64,000 nt of DNA from Utricularia gibba (lineage: Eukaryota > Plantae > Magnoliophyta). The notes under the pieces are model-generated. The model did not search any database, had not been told where the DNA came from, and worked only from the letters and a program-made list of their open reading frames with translations. Within the stretch, counting starts at the first letter, position 1. Each line of letters starts with the position of its first letter. Location of the stretch: positions 3,100,001 to 3,164,000 of the forward strand of contig CM007990.1 in assembly GCA_002189035.1 (NCBI GenBank), written 5' to 3'. Position numbers and translations under genes: made by a program. Positions 12,701-25,418 of this stretch are shown piece after piece.

Positions 12701-15362
12701 ATCGGATGGGGTCTAAGTCGCTACTACCCGTTATAGTTCCCATGTACCTAGCGAAGTATGCAGAGTGCACAAATATAAAACCTCCAAACTGACAAAAATA
12801 AAGATTTTCAAAACGAAGGTAGAAGTGCATCATCCTCACCTTCTTGTTCCAGATTCTTCAGTTTCGAACATCATTCTGAAACGCATTCCAAGAGAGATTT
12901 GGTTGCTGCAAACTGCCTTATAGTACCTTGCTAGGGGAATGACAAACTCGGATGGACTAGCCCTGATACACAAAGGGGGATAAGAAGGAATTGATAGAAT
13001 GCATATTTTTCTATAACCTTAACCGGGTCCGAACCTCGGGTTGTAGAACACAGTGAAAGGGCTACTGTTTGTTGCAGCATGAGCAGCTGCTGCAAGAATG
13101 CCAATGTGCATACTATCACTAGACAACACGGATGATGATAGATTAGTTGGTTGCCTGTTTGCCCGTCTAATGCCTAAAAGAAGCTGCTGTTTTTCATCCC
13201 TGAAAGAGTTGTCGCAATTTTATCGGTTCCAGGAATCTTTTGGGCATCAAAGCATAACAACATATGGTGATGCTCCGGTTACCTGATAAATAATACAGAA
13301 TCACCTGCAATCAGTCTCTTTCCACTAACAAAAAGGCTCCACCCTGTAGTTAGCAAGTGACGCTTGGGTTGCCCTGAAATGCATCCGTCACGTTACTAAA
13401 CATCCTTCCAACATTCATTTTCTAAATAAACTCACCTCGATAAATATGGCGGAATGTCCACAAATTATCATGCAAGTCACGAGCAACGAGCTCTTGTGCA
13501 GGCGGTTGCATGGAGAAGTCCTGCAATGTGAGACGAGTTTGTAACAAGCCAAAAACAATAACAATAATAGCAAACGAAAGTCACAGGAGGACATGGAAAT
13601 AACCAGAGCTGGGAATATCTTCTCAGCCGCACGCCGTGGCACGGAAAAACCTCCATGGGTGCTGGTATCACTTGCTGTTAAAGTTTTGCAGAAAAACTCC
13701 ATTTGTGGTTTACTCGCTCTCATGGATAGGTCTGATCTCAATAATGTATCTTTGTCAAACTGCAGAGCAAATAGATTAGCATGTCCTCTAAAGAAAATAA
13801 ACGAAAAAGAAAGCGTATTCAAAGCACAGGATTTTACAGGAACTCACCGAAGGCACAGGTTGTAGAGTCATCTGAGCATATACTTCATCAGTATCCGTAT
13901 CCGCCTAGCACGGCAATGAAAAAGGACCACAAAAAACCCATTACAATATTGAAAAAGGAGACTGCTGCTTCAGAGTTCATCGTCAAGCTATCATACATGC
14001 AATGTTATACTGTGGAGGATGCATATAAGCTTCGATGGAAGATTAGGATAGTTTGGTATCTGTGCATCCATGTCCTTTTTCATCGAAGCAGCAACCTAAA
14101 GACATGAGCATTCCCCTTATTAGAAGCAGAGACAATCACCCTTCATTTCAATCCAATACAAACATTCATTCAAAATGATTCCCATAGGGAAGGGAAAGAA
14201 CACATTAGGCTCAAGATTAACTTCCTGCAAAGTTTGTCCAGTCCATCCACAGCAAATAACATTCATTGAAGTCCATGAGCAAAAACAACGACAAAAGCTG
14301 ATCCTCTGCCCTTAATCGTTTGAGGTAACTCAGTGTTTTACATTACTTCCGTATGGCTAAAACTGAAGCAGTGCCCAAAGTCAACATCCAAGCATCTCAA
14401 AAGCAACATGAAATGACATAACTACACAGGCAGCAACACCACCCAGCTGGGCGAAAAGTGTAAGGGGAGTAATGATTAATAACAAATACATATTAAAAAA
14501 AAGCTTAAACAGAAGCAAACAATTGTTAGTTGATGACAGAGGAGCAAGTTGATGTGATATGGTCCCTGGGCCCTCAGATAGTAATTGGGAGATCTTATCA
14601 TCCCCCAGCGCACGTTAGCACAACCGAACATTGTCTTCTTGTCTTGTAAAATACGTGAACCATATCACGCCCATCTCACATTAGCGACAACCCCTGCTCC
14701 CCCAGCTTGGCCACGGCCATTCCACGCCACCGGCGCGCGTTAGCAAGCAACAAATAAAAGAAAGAGACTTCGAGCAAAGTATGAGTTCCCATTCATGCGA
14801 TCGGATCCATCAAACTATTAAAGCGAATTGTATCGAGGAGAGGCAATGACGTGGAAGTTATGCACTAAATTCTATGCAGAGAGTTAGGCCAAAACGGCGC
14901 CGTATCGTGGTCTGGCTTTTTTTTTTGGTCCTTCCTCTCTGTGGCCTATTGGAACGTATACCAAAGAAGAAAGACGAAGTCGAAGCTTAAATAAATAAAG
15001 ATGAGTTTGTATGCATTTATTCATTCAACTTCACGGGGGGATATATGGAATGGAATCTGACCTGTTCGCTGTGTCCTTGAGGAAAGTAGACGACGTGGGT
15101 CCCAGCCGCCGGTAAATTCACCAGTGGACCGGCGCAAGCCTGCCAAAGCTCGCCGTTGATGCTCTTCTTTGTCTCCCCTGATGCACAAGCAAACGGTTCT
15201 TTGATTGTTGTCAAAAACCAGACAACAAGAAAAAAAAAAAAAGTAGAATGCGTTTCTGTCCATGCAAATCTGAAAAGAAAGAAAAAGGAGACCTTCAGAA
15301 GTAGAAGAGGCGTTGGCCCGCGGAGCAGCCGTGGCAGACCCGCCGCCACTCGGAGCCTTCAT
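9784..15362 (-). CDS. ARF19: Auxin response factor, class A, ARF7/ARF19 clade (B3 DBD, Q-rich middle region, PB1 domain), 1074 aa
   Basis: 14 exons with GT-AG borders and consistent phases: 15362-15293, 15177-15062, 14095-13997, 13904-13848, 13759-13604, 13520-13436, 13373-13283, 13199-13035, 12962-12840, 12747-12672, 12542-12401, 12092-10372, 10282-10092, 9916-9784 (3225 nt, no internal stop seen). Motifs: MKAP...[53 protein letters not shown]-rich region, [46 protein letters not shown]7 versus ARF19 orthology cannot be resolved without a tree. Confidence 0.95.
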
Positions 15363-15415
15363 TTTCGCCGGTTATGGTTTTAGAACTCTAAAATACCTCC
15401 TAACAGTTAAGCTTC

Positions 15416-15505
15416 TCACCGGAACGCCATATCGAATCACTCAAAATCACACCCCGCTTAAGCTAAAAGAGGAGCAAAAACTCCAAACCCTTTTAAGTGG
15501 GCCAT
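15416..15505 (-). promoter_or_regulatory. Two upstream ORFs in the putative ARF 5' leader
   Basis: uORF1 15505-15458 encodes MAHLKGFGVFAPLLA*; uORF2 15430-15416 encodes MAFR* (context gatATGg). Both end before the main ATG at 15362. Confidence 0.65.
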
Positions 15506-15734
15506 CAAGGAAAGAAGGACGGCGAGCCCAGCGGGCCGCCGTGGTGGTGAGAAGTATCTTTTCCGGGGAAAAGGAAGGGAGTCGTCGATAGAAGAGTTTA
15601 AACAAAAAAAAAGGTAGAAGATGCTGCTGCGGAATGCAGAGACCAGCTCTTCCGATTTGGCTTTGATTGCCCCCCTTTTTGTGCACTAGAGACACACAGA
15701 AACACCCAATAAACACCACCCACAAAAACTGGGT

Positions 15735-15790
15735 CTCTCTCTTTCTTTCTCTCTCGCTCTATCTATCTATATACACAAGAATATATACAC
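15735..15790 (-). promoter_or_regulatory. Candidate ARF core promoter (TATA-like boxes followed by a GA-rich tract)
   Basis: Minus strand reads gtgTATATAT...gtgTATATAG then gagagagaaagaaagagagag, about 400 nt upstream of the ATG. Confidence 0.4.
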
Positions 15791-15889
15791 GCAAATTAAC
15801 TTGCCGCTTTCACTGTCCCTGTTGCATTCTCGTTCTTCTCGAGAAAGACCTTTTTACAAGGTGTAAATGCAATGTTTATATGTACTTTT

Positions 15890-16520
15890 TGTTTATAGTT
15901 TCCAAAATAGATGATGTTTAAAAAGTGTTTGTAAATTAGATGATGTTTTAGTTTTGATTTGTAAAATAAATGAGTTTTGAAATAAAAGTAATATGTTTAG
16001 TTATGTAAATATTAGTAAATGTAATTAATTAACTATATATTATTTTCATAATATTTTAACATAATTTAAAACATTCAATATATATATTTAATAAAACTGT
16101 TTAATACAAAGCATTTATTCAGATCTTCTGATTTTTTTGTGATTAGGCATAGCAAACACTGACCCAGTTGAGATGTTAATTTGGGTGTGAAGAGGAAGCT
16201 ACAAAATGTTGGCTTCTCTTGCGGTATTTGAGCGTCCTCTAAATTAATATTGCTATAAATTTTTTCATAAATAATTTTATAAAATCACATATCTAATTTA
16301 TAAAATATAAAAACAGTCAAGTTATTATTTATAAAACATCTGTTTAAATTTAAAATAAATGTAAAAATCATTTATTTGTTCTTTAATGATTTATAATCTT
16401 ATTACATTTATTTCAAAAAATTGATTTTATCATTTGTAATTTAATATTTTAATAACATAATCTATTTATTAAACCAAAACAAAAACCACTATTTCATTAA
16501 TCTTTTCTCAACCTAACCAA
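15890..16520. repeat. AT-rich MITE-like repeat (second copy ~38270-38810)
   Basis: Both loci share gatgatgttt.agtttt.atttgtaaaata.atga.ttttgaa...cataatatttta near the start and aataaca.atctattta..aaaccaaaaca near the end. Confidence 0.6.
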
Positions 16521-18630
16521 AATACATGAGTACATCTACAGTGGCGACGCAGCCTTTTTACAAGATCAATTCGGCTTTTTGCAGGTGTTCCTCTCTCCTC
16601 TCCTCTACCCTTTATTCCTCACACTTGTCCATTTCTGAATTTAATCAGAGGTTAAGGTTAGGCGGAGTTCATCATCTTTCTTATCAACTGTTGAACGAGA
16701 ATATCTTACAGACAGACGAGGCTAATTACCCACACGCAGTTGTTCGAAAATGCCTACAGCTTCAGAGAACTCCAACCGGTCCCGTTGTCTGCATACACAG
16801 TTGATGAAGGAGCATTTCCCTGTGCTGTTTGAGCCAACATCCCCAACGCAGGCGCAGGACCCTCGTCATCACTCATGCCTTACTGAGCATAGTTGGGCCA
16901 CTATGACTAAAAATTCAACCACCAATACTCGAAATCAGTTATCTCCTGGAGCAGAAATGTGATGAGTAGATTAACTTGAATTTTGAGTGATTAGATAATA
17001 TATTTGGATGCAGTTGTACCCTACCACAAACGCAAACACCTATGATATAATAAAAAAAGATAGTATGTATGTATTGAAATGTATATTTAAATATTACTTT
17101 GTGTTTTTTATGAAGAATTTAGCGTAATTTAAGATGACTATCATTTATATAAAGAGAGATTATTTGAATATAAATTGCTATAAAGATACCTGGTACTTTT
17201 CTTCTAAACCTGTTGTAAAACGACTCCCCATTATGCCCCTGGCCTACATGCGGATACAGTTTCAAAATGTTGCAACAAGTGATAAAAGCCAGGTTTCAAA
17301 TGAAATGACAAGATGATCCCGATCCACATGATTTCACCCAATAACATGGACTGTTTTTTTTATTAGTTTATCTTAAATTTATTCCATTATTCAAATCCAC
17401 CCCCGGAGAGATGCCACCTCAACATGTACCGTGCGCGCTGTAAGAAACCGCGTATGTCCGATATATTTATATTCACATTGTGCGTTGACTGGGCCAGAAA
17501 AAGCATGTCACTTTATTTGAGAGCTCGGAAATGCCCAGTTAGGTCCAGTATTAAAAAAAATGTTCACCCACTTGTGAGTCACGGCGTTTGTTACCATCGA
17601 ATTTGATGTCACTTTAAATCATTATTAACTGCTAGTAAATTATTATTTAGGGATAAAAAATTAAGTATTTTAATTCTTACAACATTAACAGAAACCACAT
17701 GAACAAAATCGTCAAACTTTTCAAGGATAATCAATGTTCATCATTCAAACTATTATAAAAATAAAATTTATAAATGATCAATAAATATAAATGTAAAGAA
17801 TTAATGTATTTGATGGTTTAAATTTACATGAATACATAATTAGTGTATTCAATTTTTTTAGAAAATTATATAATATAAATTTATTCAAATTTTATAAACA
17901 TAAGTATAGTTATTTCATCAGTAAAAGTAAAAAGAATTACTCATGAAAAAAATTATGATTCAAACATAAGAAAGAAATAAAAATTTAAAATAAAAAACCT
18001 GAAAAAAAAAAGAAGAGAAGAGCATATGACATGCCATGTATACTATCTTATGCCCAATGATGAGTGACAATTGGCCAAATATTCAAGAAAAAGGGTTAGA
18101 TAGTCATTCACATATCTAATCGTTTTTTCCATTATCTCACATACTAAATCAAAAATTTCACATCTAGGGTTTTTTCAGATACTCATTATCGCTTAGCTAC
18201 TTTTCTAAATACCACACGTTATGATTCCTCTACATCATATTAATAACTCACCACCATCAACAAGATCCACATCATTCTTTAAAAGATGCCTACGAGGAAT
18301 GCCATATATTCCTAATATTACTATAATTGTAGGTATAGCTTTTACACTTTGTGACTCTCCCTCATCCAGCATATGGCCCACTTTTTGAAACAAAATTAGC
18401 AAGCTTTGGAATTTCCTATTGTTCATCTTATATGAACTAAATCCTTCTCCTAAATTCAAATACGGTGATGCATCATTGTTTACCTGAAAATATGAAATAG
18501 ATATGTTGTTGCATAGCAACCATCTCATGCTGCATCATAATGATCTTATGCTCAAATGCACACATTTCTCATGATGATTGTGCTTTATTTTTAACTTGCA
18601 GATGGTGAGGAAGACTATTAGGATTAATAC

Positions 18631-19690
18631 ATGATAACACATGTTTTTTAATGGATTAGGACTATAAAATGAGTAACATTAGCTTATAAAATTGGAGTTT
18701 TATTAAGCATTTTATGGATCCTTGTTTTAATCTCTTTTTTTAAGCAATGTAGTATGTTTTAACAGCTCAAATCCTAAGGAAAACAATGAAGATGATAGAA
18801 TATGAGGACAAAAGTTGAATGGAAGAATCCAAGAAAATAGAAAAAGTGGATTTTGTATATAATGAAAGAAGAGAAAATATCTCAACCACTTTGACTAACA
18901 CGCAATACAATTTTGGAGGGGAGATTGGGAAGAAAATCACAAGAGCTAGAAAAATGAAGGAGACAAAATAAAAAAAAAAGTTTACTTTTGAAGACTTCCT
19001 TTATTATTCATGAATCTTACTCCTAGCCAAGAGTAGATTTCAACGTTTTAACATTTCATGCAAACTATTTATCTTTCAGTAGCTGTTTATGTTTCTTCCC
19101 TTATTGTTGAACTATGACATGAACATGTTTTCGTTGCTATTTTATGAATGTGCTTTATTTTACTATAGCATGAGTTGCTAAACATATGTAATGCCTTAGG
19201 GTATAGGGAGTGTGCATGATTATTGTTTATTAAACTTCCTTAGCTTGGTAATTATACCAATTCCTTATAAAAAAGTATAGATCTAAGAGAGGGAAATAGT
19301 GATATTTATAAAAAACAAACTTAACTAGAGATAGATCAAAAGTTAGAAAAAATAAGGGTTTAAATAGATTTGAACTCATGATTTGTTAGATGATTGACTA
19401 ATGGATTGGGTGGAATAAGTGAAGTAATGACCATGCCACTCTTGAAAGCTTTAAGACATTGACTTATCTTACTCTAGTTAATAGTGGAATTTTCCTATTA
19501 TTTCTTTACTACCTTTTATCGGGGACTGCTTTAAATGCATTAGTATTCATACAAGCACATAGCTCTTTATGTTCATCCATAATTCATTATGATTGTTATT
19601 TATTCTATGATTGAATGTGTATTAGGGTTATAAATTTATTTGATAAGAAAATTTGCATAATTACGACGTGTGCATATTTTTTGTTTATCA
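18631..19690 (+). mobile_element. Diverged Ty3 (Athila-like) LTR, probably solo
   Basis: Starts tgataacacatg (like the family-A LTR starts) and ends tacgacgtgtgcatattttttgtttatca, matching the LTR end at 48355. No convincing TSD. Confidence 0.5.
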
Positions 19691-19729
19691 ATATACATGC
19701 GTAATTGATGATTGTGATGGACGGATACA

Positions 19730-21068
19730 TAAAGACAAAGACATAAACTGTGGTAACCTAAACATCGAAAGAAAAATCGGGAGCACTAATCACACGAGGC
19801 AAATTCGTAACTATTAGAAAAGAAGCCTTTCGTAGTTGTAGGGGAGGAATTGGCCTCAAAGATATTTTTTCATTTTATCCCAAGTTTTCACTAGTGGCTT
19901 TCCCATAAGGCTATGAAGTGGCTTCAGTTGTTGCCACCAAGGTGATGCTCTAACTCTCAATAGGGTCACAACTAATCCTACCATTTTATCTTCAGGTACA
20001 CCTTTATATTCCATTACCTATTCCTATGTTGTAATCCATTCCAAGAATTATTCTATCCATAATCCTCCCTAAAACTCTAGTATGTTAGCCTGAATTCCAA
20101 TCTCTCACTGTCGGTCCTTTGACTGAGAATGAACTGACTTAGTGTTTGCTAAATCAACATTGTTGCCACTGTAATTTCCCAAGGCCAAGGAGGAGTGGAT
20201 TCGGCCAATAGCACATCCTTGGAGGTCATTAGCTACTCCACTCAACTCACAATCATATATAGCCTCATATCAACATCTCCAATACTACCAATATGTCTCT
20301 CACTTCCACTTGCTATTGAATCAACTCCTCTGATGTTTTCAACATTTACCATAATTTTCCATACTTTGGGTTAGATTTGAATTCTAAGACAAACACTATC
20401 TCCTTGGGGAGAATGTTGTGGATCGAAGAAGGCCAATAGCTACCTTCTTGAATTGACACACTAAGATAGGCTGAAAATGCTAAGGGTCTCTCATCAAACA
20501 TTATGACAATAACAGGAAAAAGGGGGGTTCTCCTCTTCTCGTAGTTGAGTTTGATGGCTTGGTATCCAAGTACTAACCAATGCCATCTGTTTCCAAGAAG
20601 TTGGGAGTACCAACCTTCTTAGAGTTTATCCAATTTTCTATTTCATTTTTGAGGACATTTATGGAAGCTACCTTGGATTTCTATTGGAGAGATAATCGGC
20701 CATTAGCAAAGTTTCTCCCCAAAATATATATGGTAGGTGGTCACCTTTAAGTATGCATCTAACCTTATCCATAATGGTTTGATTGAACCTCTCTACAATG
20801 TCAATATGCTCTCGGGCTGCAAGTGCAATGGCCACTCTGTTAATCCCTTGATCTCTATAATATTGAATCATCTCATTCCAATATTATTCACCTCTAGTGT
20901 CATAGTGAATAAATTTGAGTTTCCTCTCTGTTCAGATTTCAACAACTTGTATAATTCCTTGTAGTATTGAAACACCACATCTTTATGCTATAGCAGAAAC
21001 ACCCAACTCTTGCATGTAAAGTATCAATGAAAGACACAAACTGTTGCACAAATTGGTAGAAGATGATG
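19730..21068 (-). mobile_element. Ty1/copia integrase remnant, interrupted by the solo LTR at 21069
   Basis: ORF 20871-20668 (IVERFNQTIMDKVRCILKGDHLPYIFWGETLLMADYLSNR) matches the copia integrase core; degenerate FVSFID just inside 21068. Confidence 0.75.
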
Positions 21069-22462
21069 TGATAAACAGAAATTTCCTAATATCGTTGCAA
21101 ATAAAAACAGAAAATCCGTATCAAATAAATTTATAATCCCTAATCTACACAAAATACAAATTTAGAAAACTTGTATAATGGATATCAGGGTCGATCACGA
21201 AGAGCTTATGCTTGCTAAGTGTTTTAGTAAATGCATGATTTCGGATAACAGTAGGTCTTAGTTTAAGCATGGACTAACAGTGGCAAACAAGTTCAGTAAA
21301 CAAGGTGGGTAAGCAGTATGAGGTTTCTACGCTAAGGTAACAGGTACTGGTTTTGACTCAGACTAACACGAGGACGCCTTAAGGATCTGCGGGTGGTGTT
21401 ATGCTAAGCTTCCTAACTTAATTTATTATCTTCCTACACTCACAACTTCAAATAACCTAAGTCTACCCAAGTCATTCATCATATTTTGGGCTTAAGCTAG
21501 TCCCCAATATCATAACCAATATTGCAATTAGGTCTATCCGCATGCAAAGCATATAGAACTAGGTCTACCCGATTCTACTGGTTCTACCCTGGACTAACAC
21601 CGACTGATCCTGTCTTGGTTTGTTGGTCTACCTCTAAATCAAGCATCTAAGTTGTGAAACTACTTGCTCCCCTCCTTAGGTCTACCCATGGTTTGTTAGA
21701 AACAAGAGTTAAGGAAGACAACTAAATTTCATCATCAACCTAAGCACATACCACCCACTTCTCCTTAAGGCATCCTTAAGACTCTAGCCACTCATGCTTT
21801 AGAAATAAAACACGATTTCATTCATATAAATTGGCCAAAATGGCAGAAACATTGTAAACAAGTAAAATGCAGAAAGTAAATAAAGATTGTTCTTCCGCCC
21901 GTTAGCTACTGTTCACAGCCCGGAACAGTAGCTCTGGACTGGGCTCCGGTGCTTTTCTTGGTGATGAAGGCCTCCCTTCCCCCCTCTGGTTGGTGTTTCT
22001 CCCGTTGGGGAAGAAGACCCCTTTGCGTCCCCCTCGCTGTTCTGTGTTCTTCGCGCTCTCCTCCTTTTTTCCGAATTAATTTCCTTTTCTTTTGCTTCAC
22101 TCCATTGCATTGTTTCTGACTGCCTGTACTGTTCCTGACCGCCAGTACTACTCTTGGCCTGAACTTGCAGACTGCGGTGGCAGCAGAACAATGCTCTTTG
22201 TCCTTCTCCAGATTTTGCGCCCTTTTTCGCTTGTTTTACACGCTTGCAACTCTGATTTTCGGCCCATCTCCCTGCTGAACTTACTGAAACATCAGTAACA
22301 AGAGTTGTGGTCTAAATCAAAGGATTTAGTCCACTTTTCACATAATCACATGAGATTAACATGAACACCACTAAAGCATGAAAAACTACATTTATCTAAC
22401 CTAAAGCATAATAAAATATAACTATTTTGCATTATAAATTTCAGGTAAAATGTGTGTCATCA
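21069..22462 (-). mobile_element. Solo LTR, family A copy 1 (1394 bp, Ty3 Athila-like)
   Basis: TG...CA termini, perfect 5-bp TSD TGATG at 21064-21068 and 22463-22467, reverse complement of the copies at 25419 and 51106. Confidence 0.9.
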
Positions 22463-22773
22463 TGATGCATATTAAACCTATGGATATCAAAAAGAAGCGA
22501 TTGGTTTTTGTTGAACAAGGTTTTTTCGCTTTATCATTGCTGGGTGCTTGAATGTTGAGTTTTTTCGACACTAAACTACTATGTGTTTTTAGGGTTTGTT
22601 CTTGACATGGTGGCATGGATTACTAGTTGTCACCCATCCTCACCTCCTTTCTATTGTTCTCGCATGTTTATGTTTATTGCCTTTTTGATAACTATGATGG
22701 AATCCTTGTTGTGACTTGAGTTATGCATTATATCGGTTTATGTTAATCCCTAGTACTTTGGGCATAAAGTGAC

Positions 22774-24087
22774 TGATAGCATAAAGATTTTCTTACTTTT
22801 ATTATATGCAAATTACAAGTTTTTAATTATGTTTAGTTGTTTATTTTATAGTTTTAAATATTTTTATATAATTTAGGAAAAATGTGATTTTTGTGTGTTA
22901 GTGGGCTAAATCCTTTGATTTAGCCCACCTTATGTTCTAACCCGATTTTGAGTCTAGCAGCAACCCCAAAGTCATGGAAGAAACAAAGATTTCGTGCAAG
23001 TCACCGTGCAGTAGAGAGCAAGGAGTACACTATCGCGGCGGTAGTCTGTAGGTCAGGGGCAAGAACAGCAGAGCTGTCAAATATTGTACTTGCTTTGGGA
23101 AGTGAGAGGCGAGAGAAAGACTAGAGGAGAGAGAATTGCAAGGGGGTGTAGCAGTTTTTTAGCATGCACATGAGGGGGTTTCTCCCCCAACTCAAACACG
23201 ACGAATAATGGAAGGAGGAGGAAAAAGAAGGGCGATTTTTCTGGAGAAGAACCTTCAACGTGAAGAACAAAGATCAAGACCCAGTTCAGCGCTACTATTC
23301 TAGTCTTTGAATAGTTGTAGACGGAAACCAGAACTCTTACTACTTTACTTTCGCTTGTTAGTGTTTTTAGTTTCTGCAACCAACTCTTTCACGATGTTCT
23401 TGATATTTTCGTTGTTTTATATTAATGTTATCATATTTTACCTTCAAAGTATGAATAGCTAGAACCTTAGGGGTGCCTTAAGGTAAAGTATAGTGGTGTG
23501 GATCTAGAGTTAATGATAAAATTTATGTTTGTTTCTTATTTCTTACTTATATTATTCTATGGGTAGACCTAAGGAGGGGAACAAGTAACTTCACAACTAA
23601 AATGCTTGATTTAGAGGTAGACCAACAAATCAAGGTGGGAGCAGTAGATGTTAGTCTGGGGTAGAATCAATAGAATCGGATAGACCTTGTTCTATTTACT
23701 TTGCATGCGGGTAGATCTAATTGCAATTTTAGTGATGATATTGGGGACTAGCGTAGCCGAAAATATGATGAATGATATGGGTAGACTTAGGTTATTTGAA
23801 GTTGTGAGTGTAGGAACATGGTAAATTAAATTAGGTACCTTAGTACCACACTATCTACAGACCCTTAAGACATCTTAGTATTACTCTGAGTTAGAACCAA
23901 TATTTGTTACTTTCCGCGTTGAGACTTGAACTTGTTCATTGAACTTGCTTACTACTGTTAGTTTGAACTTAAACTAAGAATCATTGTTACATCGAATTTT
24001 GCATCATGAAAAACGCATTGCAAGCACAAATCCCTTGTGATCGACCCCGAATTCCACTGTACATTTTGTGCTTAGAGCAGCTCATCA
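22774..24087 (+). mobile_element. LTR, family B (related to family A, more diverged)
   Basis: Starts tgatagc; internal blocks parallel family A (gtgggctaaatcctttgatttag, gggtagacctaagg, gtgatcgacc). The right end is ambiguous and no clean TSD was seen. Confidence 0.6.
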
Positions 24088-25418
24088 TTGATGACAGCTC
24101 AACAATCTCTAGGGTCACCTCATCGAGAGTTTCAAGGAACCCTTCCTTCTCGTAATTCTAATCGACACTTTGAAGAAAGAGCTTCCTTGGCCTATGCTAA
24201 CTATCATTGGGAGTCAAGCTTTTGAGTAGAAATACCAGAGTTCCATGGTGGGCTGCAGATAGAAGAATTTCTTGATTGGGTAGCCATAATGGATAGGGTG
24301 CATGATTTTAAACAAGTTTCAAAGAAGGTTCAGGTTTCGATGATTGTAACTCACCTTAGAGGGAGAGCCTCAGCATGTTATGAGCAATTGAATGTGACTA
24401 GAGTGCAGATGGGAAAGGTGCGAAGTAATTCTTGGGATAAACTGAAGAAATATCGTAGAGGTACTTTCTTGCCCTATAATTATTAGCATTTATTGGCACA
24501 ATATTTGTCAAACCTGAGGAAAGTTTCCAAATAAATGGAAGAACACACTTGTGAGTTTCATAAGAAGAGAAATTGATGATGGGGTTCCATTGGTCTGGGA
24601 GAAACATTTCCTCTAACCCCTTCTACAAGTGGCAAGCCCTTGTCTAGTATGGTTCCGTCAAACACAACACCCCATAATCCAATGGAACCAAATGTAGCCA
24701 AAGCTGAAAATGCTACAATTAAGGGGAATACGGTCATAAATAGAGTGAATGTAAAAAAATTCTAGGTAAACAAGCCATGTTCACCAATGGTTGCGATAGG
24801 TTTGATGAGCATGAGCCCCCTTATGAAGATCTCTTTGACAAGGCCCTCATTTATGCTGAAGAGGAAGTAGTTATTGAGGATTCAGGGGACCTATTAATGC
24901 TACAGCAAGTTCACCTTACTTCAGCTAAGGAACATGAAAATATGTGGCTGAAAAGCAATATTTTTCAATCTTTCTTCATCATTCAGAACAGGGCGTCTAA
25001 GTTCATCATTGATTGTGGCAGCTATGATAACTTTGTAGCTGAGGAGCTCATTCGGAAATTGAATATTCCGATTGAACCATTGGTTAAAAAGTATCAATTA
25101 TCATGGTTTGAGAAGAAAGAATGTGTGGGGTTTAAAAAGAAGGCCTTGATTCATTTTTCAATAAGAAAGAACTACAATGATACAATCTAGTGCGATGTCA
25201 TCAACATAGATGTGTGTCATCTACTTTTGGGTCGACCATGGCAATTTGACCAAAATGTGTTTCATGCGGAAAAGGAGAACACACATATCTTCTGGTTTGA
25301 CAAGGTTAAGATTACTTTTATACCACCAAAACCAGTAGCAGCGGACTATGTGCAAGGCATCAACCTCAAAACAGCTCACCAAATAGAGGAGGTGATGAAG
25401 TAATGTTATTAAGGGTGC

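Noticed and set aside
18500-18550. miR172-like string (gctgcatcat)
   Set aside because: Only a short partial match, with no precursor hairpin.
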